Part shown: piece by piece, positions 1-11,279 of the stretch | How the letters are laid out: every line of letters begins with the position of its first letter | Position numbering within the stretch: position 1 is the stretch's first letter | DNA from: Adineta vaga | Lineage: Eukaryota; Animalia; Rotifera | NCBI GenBank assembly: GCA_021613535.1 | Contig: CP075493.1 | Coordinates: forward strand, 14,136,001 to 14,200,000 | Reading direction: 5' to 3' | Length of the DNA: 64,000 nt | Position numbers and translations under genes: made by a program | The notes under the pieces: generated by a model | Seen by the model: the letters and a program-made list of their open reading frames with translations, nothing else | What the model was told of the DNA's origin: nothing | Databases searched by the model: none

Positions 1-278
1 TAGGACATTGTCACTTCTGTGTCCATTTTTCTACCATAACCAAGCGCTCCTGGTTGTTTTTCGCCGTGAGTTGGTATTAGAAATTGAATATAGTTCTGAA
101 ATACGATATACGTACCAAAATAAACAAATTGTTCACACAATTGACCAAAAATTAAAAGTCAGGCAGTGGATGGAAATCGATTATAAATATGTTCGAGCGT
201 CGTCAATTCATTCTGTGTCGGTTCAATTTCAGTCTGTTTTTCATCATTTGTATCATCTATCATTGATGTGTTCATCAT
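1..278 (-). pseudogene. 5' part of a fungal-type POT/PTR2 peptide transporter, disrupted, running off the window edge
   Basis: Manual translation from ATG 278: MMNTSMIDDTNDEKQTEIEPTQNELTTLEHIYNRFPSTA*LLIFGQLCEQFVYFGTYIVFQNYIQF, then a frameshift to KQPGALGYG. Resembles the fungal PTR2 N-terminus (PTxxELxTL, ExxERFxYYG, FQNY, QPGALG). In-frame TGA plus a frameshift. Confidence 0.7.
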
Positions 279-444
279 TTTCGTTCGAAAATCACATATG
301 CAACTGAATCGTTCAGATGTTATATTTAGAAATAATCACTCATAGTTCATCTCTATACGAACAAAAACTACGATTGAACATCCGATAATAAAGAATTCAA
401 AACTTATTACAAAAAAAAACTCATTCACATTTTGAATCACATAA

Positions 445-1575
445 TTAAATATTCTTTGAAGTTAAACCATATACTTCGATTATTTCGTTTAATAAATTCC
501 TCCAACCCTAAATCATATAATTATGTTTAACTTATGTATTGAATTTTTGAAATGGACAAATTTTATCTACCATTTTTTCATGTAAACTTGCATAAATTGG
601 ATCTTGCACTAAAATTAAATGAACAGAATGAAATTCCGATTGAGGTACTTTTGGAAATAAATGATGAATCTATATAAGAAAAAAAAAACAAGATTTTCAT
701 CGTTATTTCTGAATTAGGAAAACTCTTCTTACCATATGATAATGTTCATTATGTATTCCGAAGAAAAAATTCCATAACCATCCACAAATTCTATTACGTG
801 TCATATAAATATCAATCCGTTCAAAAGAGTAATGAAAAGAATTTTAAAAAAAAAGAGAAGAAAAAAAACAATTCTTATCAATGGATAATGTTCAAGTAAT
901 TTAATAAATGATCCGATCCACACATGTCTTGTCAGATAAGGAATAAACCGAAATAAACATAGCTTAATCAAATTCTTCGTAGAGATAAAAAAATATCAAC
1001 CATCCAATTAACTAAATACTTCGAATACATGTTTCATATTTATCTTCAACCTAAAAATATTCATTTTTCTCTCAAAATACAACTGATTTCATTGATAATC
1101 AAATACACGAAATAATTCCATGATGATATAGGTGAAAAAAGATTTCGTAGATATTTTTTAATATTTTCCTTTGTTCGTTCTTCACCACAAGTGTCACTGC
1201 CATGAAAACTTTGAAAGATGAGATAACCAGATGAAAATGTTCCGAGAAAGTAATTTAAATACTGATTCGATGCAAAACAATGATGTGTTGCTTGATGTAG
1301 ACAATTAGCAAGACCACGTTGTCGAGCACTAACAATACAAACTGAGATGAAATAGATCATTATTTCTAAAAAATAATACGAATAATAATGAATATAAACA
1401 TATTTTGAAAGATAAATCGATAGAAATATAATTGACCAATCTTCAATTAAGGATAATAAACCATATTGTATTATTTACTTTCTGTGTAATTGTATTGTTG
1501 AAGTACTTGTGCACGAATTGATTCATTAAAACGATATCGTTTAAATGCTTTAATCTTCTTCACTTCGATATTCAT
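445..1575 (-). pseudogene. Decayed membrane fatty-acid-desaturase-like di-iron enzyme (GntB/RtxC-like), paralog of 62688-63958
   Basis: MNIEVKKIKAFKRYRF at ATG 1575; ARQRGLANCLHQATH; IHHLFPKVP; last exon GWRNLLNEII ending at TAA 445. Frameshift near 1470. The second His box (HVKNHH in the paralog) is deleted. The 3' intron positions match the intact copy. Confidence 0.85.
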
Positions 1576-1815
1576 GATAAATGTACAACAAATGAATAGT
1601 TCATCTTTCGTTTATATATACGTAGAAGATCATTTGATTGATAGAGAATCGATTTTGACATGGTACATGACGTCATTTTGGTTGTTGTGGTTTTTTTTAA
1701 TGAATAATAAATGTCGAATACTATGAGATGTCCTTGTAAGCATGATGCATAGTATCTATAGGTGAGGTGTAGGGAAAATCGCATTCCCCATTCATGGGCG
1801 TATTGTTGAGATATG

Positions 1816-2169
1816 TTAATCTTGGAAAAAAACGAAAGAAAAAGGTGTGTTAATTAACTCTTGTAAAATTTGACAAAAAGTCTCAATTTCTTCTTCTGTA
1901 TTGAAATAATGAATTGAAGTTCGAATCATTTGATTTAAATTTCGTGCTGTCATATCGATTAATGTATGATGACGAACTGCAACTGAAATATCTACATGTT
2001 GTTGACGAAGTTGATGACAAAGCTGAAAAATATCAATTCTGTCGGTCGTAAATGTAACAATTCCACATTTTATTTGTCTTAAATCTTGTATATGAACACG
2101 ATCAATGATCGAAAGTTTATTTCGTGAGATTTCTCCTAATTGTTGAATTCGTTGCCAAATATTTTCAAT
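1816..2169 (-). pseudogene. C-terminal fragment of a bacterial-type class V PLP-dependent enzyme (cysteine desulfurase/lyase-like)
   Basis: IENIWQRIQQL...DLRQIKCGIVTF...IRTSIHYFNTEEEIETF is a typical class V C-terminal domain. The N-terminal PLP-binding part is absent. Confidence 0.8.
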
Positions 2170-2780
2170 AAAAAACAATTATTAGTTTACAATACATATC
2201 AATATTATAGAAAGGTAAAACATCGATCTAGACAGAAAATTTTAATGTTAATTTATGACTTGATTGTTTGTTTTAGAATATGTTAGATGTTTTGAAAGCT
2301 GATTTAGAACAAGGAGAAAAACAAAGCTTTCATATTGGTTTTAAACTTGTTCGTGGGGAATATATGATTCAAGTAAATGAATAGAAGAGAATCAAATTAG
2401 TTATTTTTAGAATAATTTTGAATTTATAGGAACGAAAACGAGCGATAGACATGGGTTATGAAGATCCGTGATTCATACGAGTTTTGATGAGACAAGTGAA
2501 TCTTATAGACCATCATTTTTAACAGGAATGGAATTTGCATTGAATAAAACAAATCGAATTACTCGAATATTTGATGCAAATCATAATGAAAACATGCCAT
2601 GTGGACCATTGGATTCTTTTCTACCATATATTTAGCACGGCGTGCACAAAAGATAATCGAGCGATATTCAAACAAGCGGAAAAAGATCGATTACTTATGC
2701 ATAAAGCATTGAAAGAACGTTTATTAAAAGTTCATTATTCATATTGGAAAGTTTTTATAATAAAATTGAATCTTTATTAG
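2164..2780 (+). pseudogene. 3' fragment of proline dehydrogenase, disrupted
   Basis: Exons FNKKQLLVYNTYQYYRK / NMLDVLKADLEQGEKQSFHIGFKLVRGEYMIQ / ERKRAIDMGYEDP*, then a frameshifted PCGPLDSFLPY..ARRAQ..NRAIFK. These match PRODH motifs NTYQxY, KLVRGAY and PYGP..YLxRRA. Confidence 0.8.
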
Positions 2781-3435
2781 GTGATATTTATCGTTGAGAA
2801 TGTGTTCAAAATCTTAGACTCTGTAAACTATCGACATCTAGTTCATATATTTTGTCATTAATACTTTATCAAGTGTCGAATTTTACTTCTCTTAACTTTT
2901 GAATTTAAACTTTGAGTATAGACAATAAATGACTAGAATATTAATTAGTATTTGGTGTTGGTTAATCAGTTTTCATTGATTTGTATTATTTTTGTGAAGA
3001 AAGAAAAATATAATAAACTACAACATCATTTACCTTTCTGTTGTCGCAAGTGATGAGTCATGTTTTTTTACATTACACAGAGAATATTCATATTGCAACT
3101 TTTTTAAATGAATTGCGCCTTTTAAACGCGTATGATAAGAACGTCAAAAAGTACGTCTATTAATGGAGGCAAACAATATGTTAAATCTTGTTCTATATTT
3201 TGATAATTATACTATATAGAATCTACTTTGTATGGGGGTATTTGTGAAATTAATCCGTTAATGTAAAAAAAAGATGTTGCTCGAGTTTTTAAATGAAATC
3301 TTTTTACTGATTTACTTTCATCCAATAGAATAAAAAGTGATATAGATTTTTATTTTTTTTATTTTAACTGAAATGAACAGAATTAATCTTTTTTGAAAGC
3401 TATTTTTAGAAAGATTATCGTTGTAATTAAATAAT

Positions 3436-4511
3436 ATGGGTACTGGTGCAAGTCGTGCTGCTTCTGGAATTACTATTCAATTCGATCAAGCAGAACCATT
3501 CGTAGCAGGTCAACATGTAACAGGTACAGTAGTATTTAATAATACATTTGTAGACAATGTTAAACTTCAACGGATCGCTGCTGAATTGGTGGGTGAAGTT
3601 GTTTATACAACTAAACAATATAATGGAAGTGGATATCGAAATGTCACTCATCATAAGACTTTTTTTCAACAATCGCAATGTTTACAAGAAGAACAGGTAA
3701 TAAGATTTAGATCCATATCAACTATACTTTAAAGAAAATACAAGCTTTTTATTGTGAATAAAGATATTAAATTAAATATTCTTTTTTTTTGCAGAATGGT
3801 TTTTATCTTGAGAATGGTTATTGTTCATGGCCAGTTGCTTTCTCTTTAGCGGATTTTCTCCCACCAACACTCAATCAATTGTCATGCCATGGTCCTTTTA
3901 TTCGTTACAAGATTTGTATCGTTTTTCAACGACCTGAAAAATACAAAATGAATGTTCATCGAGAATTTTTCATTTCCATCATTGCTCATCCATCATCCTA
4001 CTCACATTTAACATATCTTCCAGTAGAAGCAACTAACAATAACCGTAGTGATGTTACTCTGCATGCTGCACTAACTGATCACAATGGTCCTCTTACACCT
4101 GATGATAAATTTCTGCTCAATATTGTATTGAACAATCCAAATCATACTACAATTAAATGTATATCTATTGATTTAGTACAAAATCGTACGATTGCAATGG
4201 GAGGTCACTGTACTTTAGCCATTCCTTTATCTGAAATGCCACAGTTACAAGAATTTTCCGGTGAACATTATCATGAAACACTTGAATTAGCAATTCCTGT
4301 GGACAATTTTATCATTCCCTCGTTCTATTATATATCACCCAAATTTTCAGAAAAACCAATTTCTGTAGAATATATGATCAAAATAGAAGCGAAATTTCAT
4401 GGATTCTTTAAGAATTTTATTGTAAATATTCCCATCATTATACAATCAACGCAAATATTCATAGAAATACCACCGTCTTATGAAGCAGCCGTAGCAGTTG
4501 CAACACAATGA
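3436..4511 (+). CDS. Alpha-arrestin (arrestin-domain protein), 2 exons, intron 3697-3794
   Basis: Arrestin_N-like start (FVAGQHVTGTVVF, LPPT), arrestin_C-like second half and a C-terminal PPSY motif. The GT-AG intron joins the two ORFs in frame. Confidence 0.85.
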
Positions 4512-4959
4512 CTTCCACATGTAAATAGATATATACGTCTATTAGACTTTCTATTCATTGTTGCGTCAACAAAAAAATTGATTTCATTTTTATCTTGTCT
4601 CATCACAATACAGAAATATTTCTAACTACAAATAAAAACATAAATTAAAAATACATATTTTCGAACAAAAATGGTGAGTTTAACGTTTGAATCGATAATG
4701 TTTCGCCTTTATTCATCATCAACAATTGCTTATCATAGACAGACGCGACATAATTAACAAATGTGCTATAGTTTTACAATTAATTGCAACTATTTATAGT
4801 AATTGCATTTGGACTTCAAATCTATTTCGTTAGAAATAGTAGTAATATATGAATTTTTAATATGTATCATTCTTAAAGGAGAATACAAGATAATTTTATT
4901 GAACTCAATAGAAAAACATGCGCAAATGAAAGAAGAAAAAAAGTTTTTTTTTAAAATTA

Positions 4960-5172
4960 TCAAGAATGATAATATCCACTTGTTTGGTAGTAATTGTAAT
5001 AGGCTCCATCCGCATAACCATAATAGGGTGATGGACTATAATCATTAGACGAGCCGTTTCGATGAAAAGCTGCTTTCATTTTATGTGCGGCTGAGAAAAC
5101 GATTTTAGTCAGAACATTGCCTGCGAGAATACCACCAGCGAGAACAGCAATTTGTCCTAATATGTGATCCAT
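4960..5172 (-). CDS. Small 70-aa protein with a hydrophobic N-terminal helix and a Tyr-rich tail
   Basis: ATG-initiated ORF, more GC-rich than its flanks. ILGQIAVLAGGILAGNVL is followed by DYSPSPYYGYADGAYYNYYQTSGYYHS. No recognised family. Confidence 0.45.
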   Translation of the reverse strand: MDHILGQIAVLAGGILAGNVLTKIVFSAAHKMKAAFHRNGSSNDYSPSPYYGYADGAYYNYYQTSGYYHS

Positions 5173-5858
5173 TGTACTTCGAAATCGTCAAGAAAAAAAC
5201 AAATTTGATGGACAGAAAAATGAGTGTTATTTTCTTTTGCACACATTGTTAATATATATTTCTAACGATATCAACCATTCATGACGGGCGTCACCTATAG
5301 GTAGATAGTCAATAAATCAGGAAGAGCAGGAGAGAAAATTATACATATTTTACTCAAATAAGCATAACAGTCAAGATGAAAAAGAAAACCACGTGTTTGA
5401 TAGTATCAAATTAGACGCAACTGTCCGCTTATTGAAAAAAAAGACGTAATTTTTTTCATCTTTTGCTTCTTAATAACGTCACCGGCTACGAATTTTAGGT
5501 TGTATTGATTTCAATGGCACGTGTTGTAATTTGATAAAATAAGAATGATTGTGGAATTTATCAAAAGGATCGATTCCATTCGTTCGATATTGATATACCA
5601 CATATAAGCTTCTACTTGAGAAGTTTTTTTCATGCCGATAGACAAACTATATGAAAGGTTTCATATTCTTCAATGAAATATTATTTGCAAAAACATAGAA
5701 ATCGAGCTGATAAGATTTCAATCTGTTGAATATTTAAATTGGAATATTTTTCACCTGTACGTTTTTTTTTGGTTTTATTAATCAAATTTCAAGTTACATT
5801 TTTTCATAGGTGGTATACCGCGTCGTATTTTCTCTGAGAATTTTCGATCTAACGTAGA

Positions 5859-7136
5859 ATGTTGAATAAACAATGGAAATTGAATGATTATATAACTTAT
5901 ATACTTTTAACGTTAGTACTTTTATCAGCATGGACAGATATAAATGGTATATTTACTGAATTACCTCAAATTATTTTAACTCAACCGGAAGGTTGGAGAT
6001 TGGGTAGTCATCTTGGATTTGTTGCTAGTATGAGTAATATTGCACCATTGGCTCTCGTTTTTTGTAAATGTGCTTATCGAAATCGTCCACTCAATGTTGT
6101 TCCGATCAATTATTTTGTTATTTCTATCGGTATGATCTCATGTTTCTTACTCGTATTCTTTTGGTCTAACACAAGTTGGATTTTTAATGAGAAACGTAGT
6201 TTAGCTCTTCTTATTCTGACTTTTTTTCTCGCATTACTTGATTGTACATCTATGGTTTCATTTTCTCATTACATAACACGATTTCGAACAGAATTTACTA
6301 GTGCACTTTTTCTTGGTGAAAGTCTTACTATGATTATTCCAAGTCTTCTTGCTATTGCACAAGGAAATGGACGATTGACATGTGTATTCTCATCAAATAA
6401 TAGTACAACATCGAACATTTCAATCACACCCATCTATGAAACAGCTCGATTTTCAGTTTCCATCTATTTTCTTTGTATTTTCTTTCTCTTGGTTCTATCA
6501 TTTGTTGCATTCGTATTATTACAATGGACAGATATTGCTAAGAACAATAATCAAGATGCTACTAAAGAGCCTATGATTGATTCTGCTACTACTAATCAAC
6601 CACACAGACTTACTCCTCTATTTTATCTTCTTCTGTTATTCGGAGCTCTTTATACAAGCTCAGTTGTATATGGAATGGTTTTCTCTATCTCAGCGTATGT
6701 TCTCATGCCATATGGTCATCAGATTTTTTATTTGGGTACAATTCTTTCACCATGGATGTTTACACTTGTATGGTTATTTGGTACAATCAAACCATTTCTT
6801 GCCAAACGTTATCTATTACTTATGATTCTTCTAGGATCGATCACATTTAGTTTTGATTTGATGATAGCTTTCAGAAGTCCATGTGTGCCATTGATCAATA
6901 CGATACAGGGCAATATTCTTGTTCTTGTGATTTGGTTAAGCACATTTCTACTTCTTGGTTATCCTCGTCTAATTATTGCCAATTATGTTCGTGCTCATTC
7001 ACCCAATGGAATGTTTTGGTTCGGTGCTAATGTACAATTAGGTGCATTGATTGGTTCGGTTATTTCTTATCTTTTAGTTCAAACATTCTCATTATTTAAA
7101 GAACGATTACCCTGCCAACAAATTCAATGTTTATAA
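5859..7136 (+). CDS. SLC52-family riboflavin transporter, intronless
   Basis: AWTDINGIFTELPQIILTQPEGWRLGS, LLDCTS, ALFLGESL..IPSLLAIAQG, RFSVSIYF and QLGALIG match SLC52/RFT signatures. Multiple TM segments. Confidence 0.9.
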   Translation: MLNKQWKLNDYITYILLTLVLLSAWTDINGIFTELPQIILTQPEGWRLGSHLGFVASMSNIAPLALVFCKCAYRNRPLNVVPINYFVISIGMISCFLLVFFWSNTSWIFNEKRSLALLILTFFLALLDCTSMVSFSHYITRFRTEFTSALFLGESLTMIIPSLLAIAQGNGRLTCVFSSNNSTTSNISITPIYETARFSVSIYFLCIFFLLVLSFVAFVLLQWTDIAKNNNQDATKEPMIDSATTNQPHRLTPLFYLLLLFGALYTSSVVYGMVFSISAYVLMPYGHQIFYLGTILSPWMFTLVWLFGTIKPFLAKRYLLLMILLGSITFSFDLMIAFRSPCVPLINTIQGNILVLVIWLSTFLLLGYPRLIIANYVRAHSPNGMFWFGANVQLGALIGSVISYLLVQTFSLFKERLPCQQIQCL

Positions 7137-7277
7137 TTTTACCATTTCAAGAGATTGAAAGTTTTGTAGTTTAAAGAAATAAAAACAAAACAAAAAGAGT
7201 TATACAATAAACAGCAAAAAATATGTTAAAAAGCTACTAGTAGTACTTTTTCATTTAGTAATAAAGTTGTAGTATGT

Positions 7278-7500
7278 TTACTTTCCAGTTGATGGATTAT
7301 TTATTTCAGTTTCATTGAGAATACTGAAATCGCTACCACCAGTGATTAATACTTTGCCATCGTTTAGAACGGTTGCGACATGATCAACGCGTCTATTTAA
7401 TATATTGTCTGCATTTACCCATTCTTGACCATAGCATATAGGAGTACTGCTAATCAAAAGAATAGAAACAAAATAAAGAACAACGATTCGATTGAAAGCT
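7278..7500 (-). pseudogene. Truncated Kelch gene remnant (hydrophobic leader plus one Kelch repeat)
   Basis: Translation AFNRIVVLYFVSILLISSTPICYGQEWVNADNILNRRVDHVATVLNDGKVLITGGSDFSILNETEINNPSTGK*. It contains a single repeat of the type in the neighbouring Kelch gene. Confidence 0.6.
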
Positions 7501-7774
7501 AAAACTGAAATGAAAGAATATCGTGTAAGAGCATGATGTAGTACTTATCTTGAGTGAAATTTACAGATAATATCAGTCTCACTAGCAAATATAATGTAAA
7601 AGTTTAAATATACGAGAAAAACATTGACCTAGAAAAAGTACTCCGCTTCTTAATATCGAAAAGAAGATCATCTCTACATGAATATCCCATATAAGAATAC
7701 AATTATTATATTTTATTTCAAGAACTATTCCAAAAGTAATAAATAGACTCTATTTGTAGTTTATTCAAATGTTT

Positions 7775-9068
7775 TCATTCGTTTACAAAGCTTGATGGAT
7801 CATATATTTCAGCAGTGTTCAGAAAATGCGTATTTTCATAAGATCCACCAGCAACAAGTACTTTTCCATCGAATAATAATGTTGCTGTATGATATTCTCG
7901 TGTATGATTCATATCACCAACAAATGTCCAAGTTTGTTCTACTGGGTCATATAATTCTGTACTACTAAGAGCAGAATAATTACCCCATCCACCAGACACT
8001 AAGACCTTGCCATCTTTTAATAGAACTGCTTGATGACTAGATCGTGGAGAATACATATTGCGAGTCATCGTCCATATTCCTGTTGATGGATCATACAGTT
8101 CGACACCTGGTACTATATCAATTGACATTCCACCAGTAACTAGAACCTTTCCGTCGAGCAAAACAGTTGCTGTATGGAAGTCTCGTGGATTATTCATACT
8201 ACCAGTTAATGCCCATGTTCCTGTTACTGGATCATATAATTCAGAACTATTGGTCGAATAAGGAGAAACACCATGTCCACCCATAACTAGTACTTTTCCA
8301 TCTGCTAAGGTACACGCTTGATGACAATCTCGTCCAATATTCATACTACCAGTCGTTGTCCAAACTCCTGTTGATGGATCGTATACTTCTGCACTTTTCA
8401 ACATATTAAATTGTTTATCGAATCCACCAGCAATCAAAACTTTTCCATCTGGTAATATAGAGGCTGTATGTTTCATACGAGCAAAGTTCACATTGCCAGT
8501 AAGTGTCCATTTGTCTGTCGCTGGATCATATTGTTCAGTATTATATGTCCAGTCAGTTTTATTGTAACCAGAAATGGCCAAAACTGTTCCATTATTTAAC
8601 ATGACCACAGCATGTCCAACTCGTGGACTGTTCATAGAACTGCTTACCTGCCATGTTTTAGTTGATGGATCATAGATTTCAGTAGTTTTTAGAATAGCAT
8701 TACTACCTCTAGCACCAACAGTATCATCACCACCAATAATTAATACTTTTTTATTATTTAACAATATCGCTCCATGTCCATCTCGCTCATGATGCATATC
8801 ACCAGTACGAGACCATCCTATACAAAATATTCATCTATATGCATTGTAAGAAAAGAATGTGAAATTTACACTAACCTGATCTTTGAATGATCGTGATGAT
8901 CGATGGACTTTTTTGTTGATGAATAATAAATTTAAATAAGAGTGAAACAGAAACTGTTGAGATTGTTAACATCATAAATGAAATAAATATAATCTTAATC
9001 CATCGATATTGCCACCATTTCAGCTGGATATTGTTTAGAGGTGAACGTTCATTATCTGAAGAATCCAT
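7775..9068 (-). CDS. Type II membrane-anchored Kelch-repeat beta-propeller protein (2 exons, intron 8818-8875)
   Basis: Exon 1 MDSSDNERS...IKIIFISFMMLTISTVSVSLLF (TM). A phase-1 intron leads to exon 2 with about 7 repeats of TGxMNxxRxxHxAxxLxDGKVLVxGG...ELYDP. Confidence 0.85.
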
Positions 9069-10278
9069 GTATGATAGATATGCACTAGGAGCTCTGTGAA
9101 GTTTAAATTTGATCAAATATATAAAACGCAGAGATAAAGTTCTTTTCTTTGGCTGTTTGTTCTATAAGTTTGATAAGAAATTGTGTTGTTAATGCAGATG
9201 ATGAAGTGTTCTTAAATAAGAGAAAGAAATAGATGTCGAAGTAGAACATAAATCTATTGCTGACCTAGTTTAGTTCTCAATAGACATCCGAACGATATAC
9301 ATAGAAGAAGAACATTCTTTCTCTATGCTGAAAGGTTATAGTAATTACTATACATATATTTTTTATTGGTTGAGAAAAACTTCATTTTGTTTCAGTATAG
9401 TAAAACGCGATGTCTTAGCAATATTTCACAAACTTTGACAAACGTCTTGAAGATGTAGATATGATTATTTCATGTTTCATACTCTTATTTATGAGAGAGG
9501 TTAGATGGGAAAAAAATTATTATAATATTATACAAAATATGATCAAATAGTATTAAAAATATCGAGCATTTTCTTCTCTCTCATAGATTGTATGACAAGA
9601 CAATATCTTGAAGCTTTATCTGCGATATATCGTAACAATACTACAGTAGTTTCCTGTTTGAAATACCTTGTTTCATATTCAACTCGTTTATTTCTCATTA
9701 AATTTCGTTCCTGTGAAATAAAATATTTATCTATATCATTAAAATACAATTATGTGTTACTATAAACAATTATTTAAGAAAATAAGTGGCAGTTACTAAC
9801 ATAGAACTAAACGAAATTCAAAATTTGTAACACAAAATTGGTTTTATTTTATCAAGTCAGCTAATAATGTCAATGGACAGTTAAAGAATGCAATTTTTTT
9901 TTTTTTGCTGTCCATATAAGATTTATGGGTAAGAACGTTAAGTTTGATTCTTAAATGTAGTAGAAAAAAATTAGGGTGAAGTTTTGATGATGAAGTTTAA
10001 GGAATATATCGATAGTTGAAAGAGATTTTTTCCAGAAAACTACTTGATATTCTTTGCTGAAAATTAAACGGATATTGTCTTTCACTAATGATTTTCTAGA
10101 TTTTTTTTTCTTTTTCAATCAATTTCAAGTGCAGTTCTCTTTGGTGTATATATGTTTATTGTCATTTCAATTTAACATTTCATTGTAACCGATCGACGAC
10201 TAGATAAGATTATTTTTTCCTTAAAGCACTGAGAAGATGAGCATAACCATTTAGATGTATGATTGAAAATATCTAGCA

Positions 10279-10867
10279 CTGACTTTAAGTCCGACAGCTA
10301 CGTTGGAAAGAGGAGGAATAACAGTAGCAGGTCAACAGTCTTGCTTGTCAGGATCTAATTCAACAATGCTTTCGCTTCCAACGGATGTCTGTATCGATGA
10401 CAATATCAATATTTACTTGTTGGATGCTAGTAACTATCATGTCCAACGTTTTCTATCAAATTCAACTATTGGAACAACCGTGATCAATGGTAGTGATGGG
10501 AATTCTCTAAATCAATTTGGTAGTTGTAAGTTGAACGTTGTTTGAATACTATTTCGAAGGTAATGTCAATCAACTTAATTCAGCATCTGAAATAACAGGT
10601 GTTTGTGGTAGTGGACTTGATCAACTGTGTTATCCAATATCGGTGACTTTAGATCAGAATAAGAACATTTTTATTGCTGATGGCCCAAATGCTCATATCA
10701 TGAGATGGACAGTACTATCATCAGTTGACATGTTTGTGATTGGAGTTGTAATCAAATGAAATCTATTTTAATAATTCATTTTTTCTTAGCGGCATCAATA
10801 CTTCGTTCAACTTCATCAATGATGCCGAGTTCATCAATGCCAATGGTAACAACAGCGTCAGCATAAG
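10279..10867 (+). pseudogene. Degraded NHL-repeat protein
   Basis: GGITVAGQ...LSLPTDVCIDDNINIYLLDASNYHVQRF and GSGLDQLCYPISVTLDQNKNIFIADGPNAHIMRW are NHL repeats. The ORFs are broken and no intact 5' end was found. Confidence 0.65.
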
Positions 10868-11279
10868 AATAGAGAGGTCATTACTTGTATGGCTATTTAT
10901 TCTCAATGTTTATTAATGATCATTTGCACAATCATTATTACTATTATCAATAAATAATTCAAATATCTAAGGATGTGGATGAGATTGTCAGATTATACGA
11001 ACAAAACTATAAAATCCATATTATCTGTTTCTTGAACATTTAAGTATGAAACAGATATGTCATCCTCGTTCATATCCATACTTTCAATGAGAATGACGAT
11101 CAATTACAATAAGAATGATTCGTTTTAAACATCTTTTTTTATTAAATCATGAAAAGTTTTGTTCACAATGATGGATGTACCTATATGAAGTATTGACCGC
11201 AATGCACGATAGAGATTTTAAAAAAAGCATCCCAATAAAGAACGACAAAATACAGAAAAGATCAATAGAAAGTTACAAT

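Noticed and set aside
8-307. Plus-strand 99-aa ORF and other antisense or shadow ORFs (e.g. 8058, 20573, 21374, 38578)
   Set aside because: They overlap better-supported genes on the opposite strand or frame and have no recognisable motifs.
5385-5720. CACGTG E-boxes and TGATAAG GATA-like sites upstream of the riboflavin transporter and other genes
   Set aside because: Short motifs whose enrichment cannot be shown without a computed background.
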